This document shows positions 56,696 through 64,000 of a DNA stretch of 64,000 nt, in pieces. The notes under the pieces were generated by a model that saw only the letters and a program-made list of their open reading frames with translations, ran no database searches and was not told the origin of the DNA. The stretch lies in assembly GCA_028875225.1 (NCBI GenBank), contig JAPPFB010000021.1:225831-289830 (forward strand), written 5' to 3'. Origin of the DNA: Chloroflexota bacterium (lineage in GTDB: Bacteria > Chloroflexota > Dehalococcoidia > Bin125). The position numbers and the translations under genes were made by a program. How positions within the stretch are numbered: position 1 is the stretch's first letter; every line of letters starts with the position of its first letter.

Positions 56696-57484
56696 ATGGC
56701 AGATGAAGTCCTCTTCGACGTATCCGAACGAGTCGCCACGATTACGCTCAACCGCCCCGACAAGATGAACACGATTAACAGCGCCCTCGGTTCTCAGTTG
56801 ATCGAGTCGCTGGTCGAAGTGCGCAACAACGACGAGATCCGCTCAGCCGTGATCACCGGCGCGGGCGACCGCGCCTTCTGCGCCGGCGCCGACCTCACCC
56901 AGGGCGACGGACCCGCCGCCTCCGCCGGTCCCGCCGGCCATTTCCCCACCAACGCCGCCGACCGATTCGACGAGTTCGACGCCAAGAAGCCGCTCATCGC
57001 GGCCATCAATGGCCACGCCCTCGGCGGCGGCTTCGAGATCGCCCTCGTCTGCGACCTGCGCATCGGCGCCGAGAACGCCCGCGCCCGCCTCGGCCTGCCC
57101 GAGATCACGCTCGGCTTCTTCCCCCTCGCCGGCGGACCCATGCGCCTGCCCCGCGCCATCCCGCAGGCCTACGCCAACGAGATGCTCTACCTCGGCCGCC
57201 GCCTGAGCATGGAGGAAGCCCACCAGTGGGGCGTCATCTCCCGCCTCGTGCCCCAGGACCAACTCCTTCCCACCGCCCAGGAGATGGCCGCCCAGGTCGC
57301 CGGATACGCTCCCATCGCCGTCCGAGCCATGAAAGAACTGATCAACGCCCAGGGAGACATGACCCTCGCCCAGGCCAACCGTTTCGGCGGCTCCCTGCGC
57401 TGGATCGTCGGCCAAACCGCCGACTCGAAGGAAGGCCCCCGAGCCTTCGCCGAAGGCCGCCAACCCGAGTTCAAGGGCGAGTGA
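56696..57484 (+). CDS. enoyl-CoA hydratase/isomerase family protein
   Basis: ITLNRPDKMNT...FCAGADL...GGGFEIALVCDLRIGA. Confidence 0.85.
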   Translation: MADEVLFDVSERVATITLNRPDKMNTINSALGSQLIESLVEVRNNDEIRSAVITGAGDRAFCAGADLTQGDGPAASAGPAGHFPTNAADRFDEFDAKKPLIAAINGHALGGGFEIALVCDLRIGAENARARLGLPEITLGFFPLAGGPMRLPRAIPQAYANEMLYLGRRLSMEEAHQWGVISRLVPQDQLLPTAQEMAAQVAGYAPIAVRAMKELINAQGDMTLAQANRFGGSLRWIVGQTADSKEGPRAFAEGRQPEFKGE

Positions 57485-57551
57485 GAATCCAGGGCATTGC
57501 CAGGTTCGATAGGCTGGCACCTGAGAACAACGCATCAATCGGGCCAACCCC

Positions 57552-57851
57552 ATGACCACCGCCGACCAGATCGAGCTCAACATCAGGATCGACAAAAGGG
57601 TCAAGCAACGCCTCATTGACGAGGCGTCGCGTCAAGGATTCGAAATCGATGTCTTCTGCCAGCAGGCGATTCAGCAAGCGCTTGAAGACGGCAAGGCCGA
57701 AGAATCTGTGAAGGAAACGAACCTCCAACTCTTCGAGAGACTCCTGGAAGAGAGAGACGAACAGTTCGGAGATCGACGGTTCTTGAAAACTGGCGTTGAG
57801 TTGATTCGTGAGGCCCGCGAACTCCGCTCAAAGCAGATGGACGAGTGGTAG
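57552..57851 (+). CDS. vapB: type II antitoxin (VapB-like)
   Basis: 99 aa, charged helical; stop overlaps PIN gene start; low-GC patch. Confidence 0.65.
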   Translation: MTTADQIELNIRIDKRVKQRLIDEASRQGFEIDVFCQQAIQQALEDGKAEESVKETNLQLFERLLEERDEQFGDRRFLKTGVELIREARELRSKQMDEW

Positions 57852-58294
57852 TGGCGGAGTTGGTTGTCGTCGATGCCAGCTTGGCCTTCAAATGGTTCGT
57901 CAAAGAAGATGACTCTGACCACGCTGATGCACTCGGTCGTACCTGGTTGGAACGGGATGTCCGAGTCGCAGGGCCACTCACTCTGTTGGTAGAGCTGACG
58001 AACGCTGTGCATCGTCGTATCCAATCCGGACGCCTTGAGGAGCGGGAATGGCGATTCGCCATAGGCCGCATGATGCAGTTTCCGTTCGCGATAGAAGAGT
58101 CGCAGCACCTCATCCCCCGTACCCTCGAACTGGCCAGACAGCTCGGACAAGGTGCCGTCTACGACTCCCACTATCTCGCTCTCGCAGAGTCTCTGGACTG
58201 CGAACTCTGGACCGCGGACGAGCGCTTTCAGCGCGCCGCACGAGGGCAACATCCGCGCGTACGCCTACTCGCAGAGTTCGCCCCTCTAGCCTGA
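57845..58294 (+). CDS. vapC: PIN-domain toxin VapC
   Basis: VVVDASLAFKWF..E(D)...DSHYLALAE..DCELWTAD PIN acidic residues; GTG start overlapping vapB stop. Confidence 0.8.
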   Translation: MVVAELVVVDASLAFKWFVKEDDSDHADALGRTWLERDVRVAGPLTLLVELTNAVHRRIQSGRLEEREWRFAIGRMMQFPFAIEESQHLIPRTLELARQLGQGAVYDSHYLALAESLDCELWTADERFQRAARGQHPRVRLLAEFAPLA

Positions 58295-58320
58295 GAGCTC
58301 GACACGACAGGATCCAACCC

Positions 58321-58920
58321 ATGAGAAGCCAGGAATCGCTCAACGAACTCCGCTACCTCCGACGCATCCAGGAAGACGTCGAGGACCAGTGGCGCGCCCG
58401 ACAACCCGACCTCGACCGTCTCCACCGGACCATGGCCCTGCTCTACTCCAGCCACGGCCTCGTCTGGAAATCCCACGGTTGCTCCGGCACCGGCGAGCAC
58501 GACCCCTACGCCGGCGAGATCGTCGAACTCGCCCTGCGCATCGAGTCCTCAGCCCAGCGAGGCGCCCACCGAGCCTTCAACCTCTTCGAGCAGTGGCGCT
58601 GCGAGGCCTGCAGCTGGAACCACAACGCCCTCTACACCCTCTGGGCCACCACCGCCGAGCCTGGAGCCGAGTTCCAACCCCTCGACGCCATCGACGACCA
58701 CCGCCTCATGCACGAACGCGCCGACCAGGGCCTCGACCAACCCCTCCCCGAAGCTCTCGACATCCGCAACAACGCCGCATCCATCCGCCTCGAAGCCAAC
58801 GCCCGAATCGCCGAACGCCTCGCCCACTGGACCTCGGAAGGCCTCCTCAGCAACAACGTCGACGAACGCTACGCCACCGAACTCACCGCGCCAGCCGCAG
58901 TGCCGGTCTCAACCTCATGA
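58321..58920 (+). CDS. hypothetical protein (199 aa), translationally coupled to downstream CoA transferase
   Basis: ATGA overlap at 58917-58920; protein-like composition. Confidence 0.5.
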   Translation: MRSQESLNELRYLRRIQEDVEDQWRARQPDLDRLHRTMALLYSSHGLVWKSHGCSGTGEHDPYAGEIVELALRIESSAQRGAHRAFNLFEQWRCEACSWNHNALYTLWATTAEPGAEFQPLDAIDDHRLMHERADQGLDQPLPEALDIRNNAASIRLEANARIAERLAHWTSEGLLSNNVDERYATELTAPAAVPVSTS

Positions 58921-60104
58921 CCTACCTCCCCCTCGACCACCTCTTCGTCCTCGACCTCACCCGCGCCCGCGCCGGACCCACCGCCACGCGACAGCTCGGC
59001 GACTGGGGCGCCGACGTGCTCAAGATCGAGCAGCCCGAGGTCCCCGGACAGGGCGAAGGCGTCACCGGCGCCCGCGAGTCCTCCGACTTCCTCAACCTGC
59101 ACCGCAACAAGCGCTCCCTCACCCTCAACCTCAAGGAGCCTGAGGCGGTCGAGATCTTCCTCTCCCTCGTCGAGCGCGCCGACGTCGTCGTCGAGAACTA
59201 CCGCGCCGACGTCAAGCGACGCCTCGGCATCGACTACGACGCCTGCCGCGCCCGCAACCCGCGCATCGTCTACGGCTCGATCTCCGGCTTCGGACAGGAC
59301 GGACCCTACGCCTGGCGCGCCGGCGTCGACCAGATCGCCCAGGGCCTCGGCGGGATCATGTCCGTCAACGGACTGCCCGGCTCGGGACCCGTCCGCGTCG
59401 GCATCCCCATCGCCGACCTTACCGCCGGCAACTTCCTCGCCCAGGCCATCCTCATCGCCCTGATCGAGCGGGAGCGCTCCGGCGAGGGCCAGTGGGTCCA
59501 CACCTCGCTGCTCGAGGCCCAGATCGCCATGCTCGACCTCCAGGCCACCCGCTGGACCATCGACGGAGAGGTTCCGCCGCAGGCCGGCAACGACCACCCC
59601 ACGCTGATGCCCACCGGCGTCTACGAGACTTCCGACGGCCACATCAACATCGCCGCCTCCGGCGGCGTCATGTACACCCGACTCTGCCGAGCCATCGGCG
59701 CCGAGGAGCTCCTCGACCACCCCGACTACGCCAGCTCGGTCCGCCGCTCCAAGAATCGAGTCGCACTCAACGAGGCCATCAACCAGCGCACCCGAACCAA
59801 CACCTCCGAGCACTGGATCCAGTGCCTCAACGAGGCCGGCGTCCCCTGCGGACCGATCTACGACATCCCCGGAACCTTCGACGACAAACAGGTCAAGCAC
59901 CTCGACATCGCCCGCCAGGCCCCGCACCCCGAGCGAGGCGAAATCACCGTCGTCGGACAACCGATCAACCTCGCCCGAACTCCCCAACCCGACAAGATGC
60001 GCCTCGGCACCCCCGCCCTCGGCCAACACAACCATGAAGTCCTCACCGACCTCGGCTACACCCCCGAATCCATCACCGACCTCCAAAATCGAGGAGTCAT
60101 CTAG
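58917..60104 (+). CDS. CoA transferase family III (CaiB/BaiF)
   Basis: 395 aa; DHLFVLDLTRARAGPTATRQLGDWGADVLKIE... family signature. Confidence 0.85.
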   Translation: MTYLPLDHLFVLDLTRARAGPTATRQLGDWGADVLKIEQPEVPGQGEGVTGARESSDFLNLHRNKRSLTLNLKEPEAVEIFLSLVERADVVVENYRADVKRRLGIDYDACRARNPRIVYGSISGFGQDGPYAWRAGVDQIAQGLGGIMSVNGLPGSGPVRVGIPIADLTAGNFLAQAILIALIERERSGEGQWVHTSLLEAQIAMLDLQATRWTIDGEVPPQAGNDHPTLMPTGVYETSDGHINIAASGGVMYTRLCRAIGAEELLDHPDYASSVRRSKNRVALNEAINQRTRTNTSEHWIQCLNEAGVPCGPIYDIPGTFDDKQVKHLDIARQAPHPERGEITVVGQPINLARTPQPDKMRLGTPALGQHNHEVLTDLGYTPESITDLQNRGVI

Positions 60105-60108
60105 CGTG

Positions 60109-60160
60109 CTCCCCCTGCTCCCCCTTTGCAGGGGGAGCTGCCGAAGGCTGAGGGGGTCCC
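60109..60160 (+). repeat. REP-like structured repeat, copy G1 (tandem with G2)
   Basis: ctccccctgctccccctttgcagggggagctgccgaaggctgagggggtcccc. Confidence 0.8.
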
Positions 60161-60200
60161 CCGCCGCAACCAACTCTCCCTCTCGCCCGTCCGTTTCCGC

Positions 60201-60250
60201 TCTCCCCCCGCGAAGCGGGGGGAGATGCCGCAGGCAGAGGGGGGCTCCCC
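60201..60250 (+). repeat. REP-like structured repeat, copy G2
   Basis: ctctccccccgcgaagcggggggagatgccgcaggcagaggggggctccc. Confidence 0.8.
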
Positions 60251-60300
60251 TGAGTACCAACTACCCTCCAACTAACCCGCCAACCCGCCGGAGACCCCCA

Positions 60301-61107
60301 ATGAAGAACCACGTCCCCCTCGACACCGACAAGATGCTCGCCTGGTCAGAGGACGGCATCGGCTGGATGGTCTTCAACAACCCCGACAAGCTCAACGCCA
60401 TGGGCGTCGCCATGAACGCCGCTATCCCCACCATCATGCACACCTTCCGCGACGACCCCGACGTCCGCGTCGTCGTCATGGCCGGCGCCGGCGACCGCGC
60501 CTTCGTCTCCGGCGCCGACATCTCCGAGTTCGAAGCCCAGCGCTCCAACCCCGAGACGATCAAGAAGTACGACGAAATCGGCGCCGCCGCCGGTCGCGCC
60601 TACGGCGAGCTCGACAAGCCGATCATCGCCATGATCCAGGGCTTCTGCATGGGCGGCGGCCTGCTCACCGCGCTCCGCGCCGACCTCCGCATCGCCTCCG
60701 ACGACTCCCAGTTCGGTGTCCCCGCCGCCCGCCTCGGCCTCGGCTACGGCTATGGCGGCGTCAAGACCCTCTGCGACCTCGTCGGCTTCCCCGCCGCCCA
60801 GGAAATCCTGCTCACCGGCAAACGCTTCCCCGCCGCCGACGCCGCCCGCTGGGGCCTCGTCAACCGCGTCACCACTCGCGACGACCTCGAACCCACCGTC
60901 CACGAGCTCGCCGCCACCATCGCACAGAACGCCCCCAAGACCATCCGAGCCATCCGCCGAGCCATCCAGGAAATCCCCAAAGACCCCGACCACCGAAACC
61001 TCGACGAAGTCAACGCCCTCGTCCAGGCCTGCTTCGCCTCAGCCGACTACAAAGAAGGCCGAACCGCCTTCATGGAAAAACGCCGCCCCCAGTTCCGCGA
61101 CGCCTGA
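60301..61107 (+). CDS. enoyl-CoA hydratase/isomerase family protein
   Basis: 268 aa; FVSGADISEF...GFCMGGGLLTALRADLRIAS. Confidence 0.85.
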   Translation: MKNHVPLDTDKMLAWSEDGIGWMVFNNPDKLNAMGVAMNAAIPTIMHTFRDDPDVRVVVMAGAGDRAFVSGADISEFEAQRSNPETIKKYDEIGAAAGRAYGELDKPIIAMIQGFCMGGGLLTALRADLRIASDDSQFGVPAARLGLGYGYGGVKTLCDLVGFPAAQEILLTGKRFPAADAARWGLVNRVTTRDDLEPTVHELAATIAQNAPKTIRAIRRAIQEIPKDPDHRNLDEVNALVQACFASADYKEGRTAFMEKRRPQFRDA

Positions 61108-61317
61108 CCTCCGATCCCCTCTCCCTCTGGAGAGTTGCGCGTAAACATTTGAAGAAGTCGCCCCCGCGAAGGCAGGGGCCGCCCGACCACTGCTCGCCTA
61201 ACTCCGATGCCCCGCACTTGCCTGCCCCTGGCTTGAACAGGGGATGCGGGGCCCAGACCCAGATCGCCGCCCAACCCCGTCATTCTCGCGCAAACGGGGG
61301 AATCTCGCCCCTTCACG

Positions 61318-61367
61318 CTCTCCCCCCGCGAAGCGGGGGGAGATGCCGAAGGCAGAGGGGGGGGCTC
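61318..61367 (+). repeat. REP-like structured repeat, copy H
   Basis: ctctccccccgcgaagcggggggagatgccgaaggcagagggggggg. Confidence 0.8.
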
Positions 61368-61411
61368 TACGCCCCTCAACTACGCTTGCCCTATCCCCGA
61401 TAGGACGAGCA

Positions 61412-64000
61412 GTGCCCCAAGCCGCAGCCCTCTCCGCCGCCGAGTTCGCCGCCAAGTGGCGCGACAACGCCCGACGCGAGAGCGCCTCCTCCCAGGAACA
61501 CTTCCTCGACCTCTGCCGGCTCCTCGGCGTGCCGACCCCCGCCGAAGCCGATCCCTCCGGCGAGTCCTACACCTTCGAGGCCGGTGTGGAGAAACTGGGC
61601 GGCGGCCAGGGCTGGGCCGACGTCTGGAAGCGCGGACACTTCGGCTGGGAGTACAAGGGCGACCGCGCCGACCTCGCCGCCGCCTACCGACAGCTCCTCG
61701 ACTACCGCGAAGACCTGGAAAACCCGCCCGCCCTCGTTGTCAGCGACATGGACCGCATCGAGGTCCACACCAACTTCACCAATACTCGGCCCCGCGTCCA
61801 CGAAATCACGCTCGACGACCTCGCAGCAGGCGGTGATCGCACAGGGCTTGCCCTCGACATTCTGCGCTCGGTAATGAGCGACCCGGCCAAACTGCGCCCG
61901 CGCCAGACGCCGGACGAAGTCACCCAGGCCGCCGCCACACGCTTCGCCGACCTCGCCCGCTCCATGCAGGAGCGCGGACACGATCCCGAGGCGGTCGCCC
62001 ACTTCCTCAATCGCGTCCTCTTCTGCCTCTTCGCCGAGGATGTCGGCCTGCTGCCGCGACGGCTGATGACCGACCTGGTCGAGTCGCGCAAGGACGATCC
62101 CGAGGAGTTCGCCAAGGGACTTACCGACCTCTTCCGGCTGATGTCGGATCGTGAAGCGGGCCGATTCTTCGGCACCCAGCGGATCGAGTGGTTCAACGGC
62201 GGACTGTTCGACGACGATTCCGTGCTGCCGTTCACCCGCGACGAACTGCGCACCGTCGCCGACGCCTCCAGTCTCGACTGGTCGCAGGTCGAGCCCGCCA
62301 TCCTCGGCACTCTCTTCGAGCGCGGGCTCGACCCCGATAAGCGGGGACAACTCGGCGCGCACTACACCGACCGCGAGAAGATCCTGATGGTCGTCGAGCC
62401 CGTCGTCATGACCCCGCTGCGCCGCGAGTTCGCATCAATGCAGGAGCGCGTCGCCGCGCTGATGAAGGACCGCCAGCCCAGCCCGCTCACCCGCGACGGC
62501 CTGCGCCGAGCCAACCTGCCCAGATGGGAGCGGGACGCCGAGACCGAGTGGCGCTCGTACCTCAAGCGCCTGCGCGACGTGCGCGTGCTCGACCCCGCCT
62601 GCGGCTCGGGCAACTTCCTCTACGTCACCCTGCGCCTGCTCAAGGACCTCGAACAGGAAGCCATCCGCTGGGGCGCCGAGCGGCTGCGCATCACCGGCGA
62701 GTTCCCCCGCGTCGACCCGCACAACGTGCTTGGCATCGAGATCAACCCCTACGCCAAGGAGCTCGCCGGCGTCGCCATCTGGATCGGCCACATCCAGTGG
62801 ATGCTCGACCACGGCTACGGCTTCCCCCGAGACCCCGTCCTCCAACCCCTCGACAACATCGAACTCCGGGACGCCATCCTCGCCTACGACGAAGACGGCA
62901 ACCCTACTCCGGCGACGTGGCCGGAGGCCGAGTTCATCGTTGGCAATCCGCCGTTCTTGGGAACCAAGTACATGCGCGAGAAGCTAACTGACCCATATGT
63001 AGACGACCTGTTCGTTGCGTGGGATGAGGAAGTGGCTCGGGAGTCGGATCTCGTTTGCTACTGGCACGAACAGGCGCGTCGGCGTATAGCCGCCGGCGAG
63101 TCACTTCGAGCTGGACTGCTGGCCACGAACTCCATACGGGGTGGCGCAAATCGAAGTGTGCTCGACGAGGTCAAGCGAACGGGCGACATCTTCAATGCCT
63201 GGTCCGATGAGCCGTGGATTGTAGACGGAGCGGCGGTACGGGTATCCATCGTCGGCCAAGACAATGGCAGCGAAGAGGCAAAAGCTCTCGACGGCCATGC
63301 CGTTTCCGCTATCAACTCCGACCTGACTGTTGGAGTTGATGTGACCAAAGCCCGTGCCCTTGTCGAAAACCAAGCCGTTGCGTTCATGGGCGACACGAAA
63401 GGCGGGCAGTTCAATGTCTCAGGTGGCGTTGCCCGTGAAATGCTGATCCTTCCAACCAACATCAACGGTCGTTCGAATGCCGATGTTGTTGTTCCCAGAG
63501 TGAACGCAATGGATGTCGCTCGACGGCCTCGTGACGAGTTCATCGTCGACTTCGGCACTGACTCACGGGAGGTTGCAGCAGCAGAGTACGAGGCCCCGTT
63601 CGAGTTCATCCGCGAGCATGTCAAGCCTGCTAGAGAGCAGAATCGGCGCAAAGCCTATAGGGAACGATGGTGGCTTCACGTTGAGCCCCGGCCAGCCATG
63701 CGAAGCGCTGTCAAGTCTCTACGTCGCTTCATCGCCACCCCCGCTGTAGCTAAACATCGACTTTTCGTGTGGCTTGAGGCCCCGACCTTGCCGGACCACG
63801 CCCTCTTCGCGTTCGCTCGCGAAGATGATTATGCCTTTGGCGTCCTCCACTCTGTAGTCCACGAGCTTTGGTCGTTGCGAACGTGTACTTGGTTAGGCAA
63901 GGGAAACGATCCGCGCTACACGCCGACCACGACCTTCGAGACCTTCCCCTTCCCCTGGCCGCTCAATACCCCCGACGACGCCCTGACGCCCGAACAGTGC
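61412..64000 (+). CDS. MmeI-family type IIL restriction-modification enzyme (fused PD-ExK endonuclease, gamma-class N6-adenine MTase; target recognition domain beyond window), 3-prime truncated
   Basis: No stop to window end; N-terminus AALSAAEFAAKWRDNARRESASSQEHFLDLCRLLG like MmeI N-terminus; D...EYK nuclease motif; VLDPACGSGNFL (motif I) and FIVGNPPFLG (motif IV); GTG start 61412. Confidence 0.8.
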   Translation, partial: MPQAAALSAAEFAAKWRDNARRESASSQEHFLDLCRLLGVPTPAEADPSGESYTFEAGVEKLGGGQGWADVWKRGHFGWEYKGDRADLAAAYRQLLDYREDLENPPALVVSDMDRIEVHTNFTNTRPRVHEITLDDLAAGGDRTGLALDILRSVMSDPAKLRPRQTPDEVTQAAATRFADLARSMQERGHDPEAVAHFLNRVLFCLFAEDVGLLPRRLMTDLVESRKDDPEEFAKGLTDLFRLMSDREAGRFFGTQRIEWFNGGLFDDDSVLPFTRDELRTVADASSLDWSQVEPAILGTLFERGLDPDKRGQLGAHYTDREKILMVVEPVVMTPLRREFASMQERVAALMKDRQPSPLTRDGLRRANLPRWERDAETEWRSYLKRLRDVRVLDPACGSGNFLYVTLRLLKDLEQEAIRWGAERLRITGEFPRVDPHNVLGIEINPYAKELAGVAIWIGHIQWMLDHGYGFPRDPVLQPLDNIELRDAILAYDEDGNPTPATWPEAEFIVGNPPFLGTKYMREKLTDPYVDDLFVAWDEEVARESDLVCYWHEQARRRIAAGESLRAGLLATNSIRGGANRSVLDEVKRTGDIFNAWSDEPWIVDGAAVRVSIVGQDNGSEEAKALDGHAVSAINSDLTVGVDVTKARALVENQAVAFMGDTKGGQFNVSGGVAREMLILPTNINGRSNADVVVPRVNAMDVARRPRDEFIVDFGTDSREVAAAEYEAPFEFIREHVKPAREQNRRKAYRERWWLHVEPRPAMRSAVKSLRRFIATPAVAKHRLFVWLEAPTLPDHALFAFAREDDYAFGVLHSVVHELWSLRTCTWLGKGNDPRYTPTTTFETFPFPWPLNTPDDALTPEQC

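Noticed and set aside
60109-60250. G-runs of the repeat as G-quadruplex-forming sequences
   Set aside because: Only two or three G-runs occur per copy, interleaved with complementary C-runs that would favour duplex or hairpin formation. Hairpin covariation is the better-supported explanation.
15034-61367. Possibility that the C/G-run repeats are a CRISPR array
   Set aside because: Copies are kilobases apart, each within a different intergenic spacer. Only one tandem pair exists, separated by 40 nt of unrelated sequence. No cas genes are present.
63058-63651. 197-aa minus-strand ORF inside the low-GC 3-prime part of the MmeI-like gene
   Set aside because: It is antisense to an uninterrupted frame carrying MTase motifs that continues to the window edge. 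Its composition is Ser/Ala/Arg-rich with no motif.

Overview
High-GC (about 65-70%) bacterial chromosomal segment, gene-dense and mostly + strand after 14 kb. The gene content (Cheo-type SOS box, ThyX, ETF plus membrane FeS oxidoreductase, giant FtsX permeases) loosely suggests a Chloroflexota/Thermomicrobia-like or actinobacterial organism, but this is a guess. Contents, 5-prime to 3-prime:
- 3-prime end of dnaN, a small ORF, an AddB-like/AddA-like helicase-nuclease pair, holA, an orphan OppD-like ABC ATPase, and lexA with a GAAC-N4-GTTC SOS box in the divergent region shared with a PIG-L deacetylase.
- A NUDIX hydrolase, two Cys-rich small proteins, ThyX, and small SLT/SRPBCC/VOC/MBL proteins.
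- A large acyl-CoA metabolism block: 4 crotonases, 2 family-III CoA transferases, an acyl-CoA ligase, a penicillin/AHL-acylase-family Ntn hydrolase, an SDR, and an amidase with a GatC/AtzG-like small partner. It also holds EtfBA with a fused membrane cytochrome-b/FeS/CCG oxidoreductase (an ETF:quinone oxidoreductase candidate).
- A CbbQ/NorQ-type AAA+ gene, a metallophosphoesterase, and a 1086-aa CbbO/NorD-like VWA gene, all three bracketed by repeat copies.
- Two divergent paralogous giant (about 1135 aa) FtsX-domain permeases with no ATPase nearby, tandem paralogous MFS transporters, and ilvD.
- A membrane-anchored thermonuclease homolog, two toxin-antitoxin modules (ParE/RelE-like with an atypical partner; VapBC in a low-GC patch), and at the 3-prime edge a truncated MmeI-family type IIL restriction-modification gene whose GC content drops abruptly mid-gene.
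- Most striking non-coding signal: a roughly 45-nt structured, orientation-biased REP-like repeat in 9 copies (CTCCCCC-loop-GGGGGAG, then a CTGCC-GAA-GGCAG hairpin, then a G-run), always just 3-prime of + strand genes. Two copies (41101-41146, 53244-53290) have the second hairpin re-paired through compensatory changes. There is also a separate composite inverted-repeat element at 56524-56610.
No CRISPR array, rRNA or convincing tRNA was seen.
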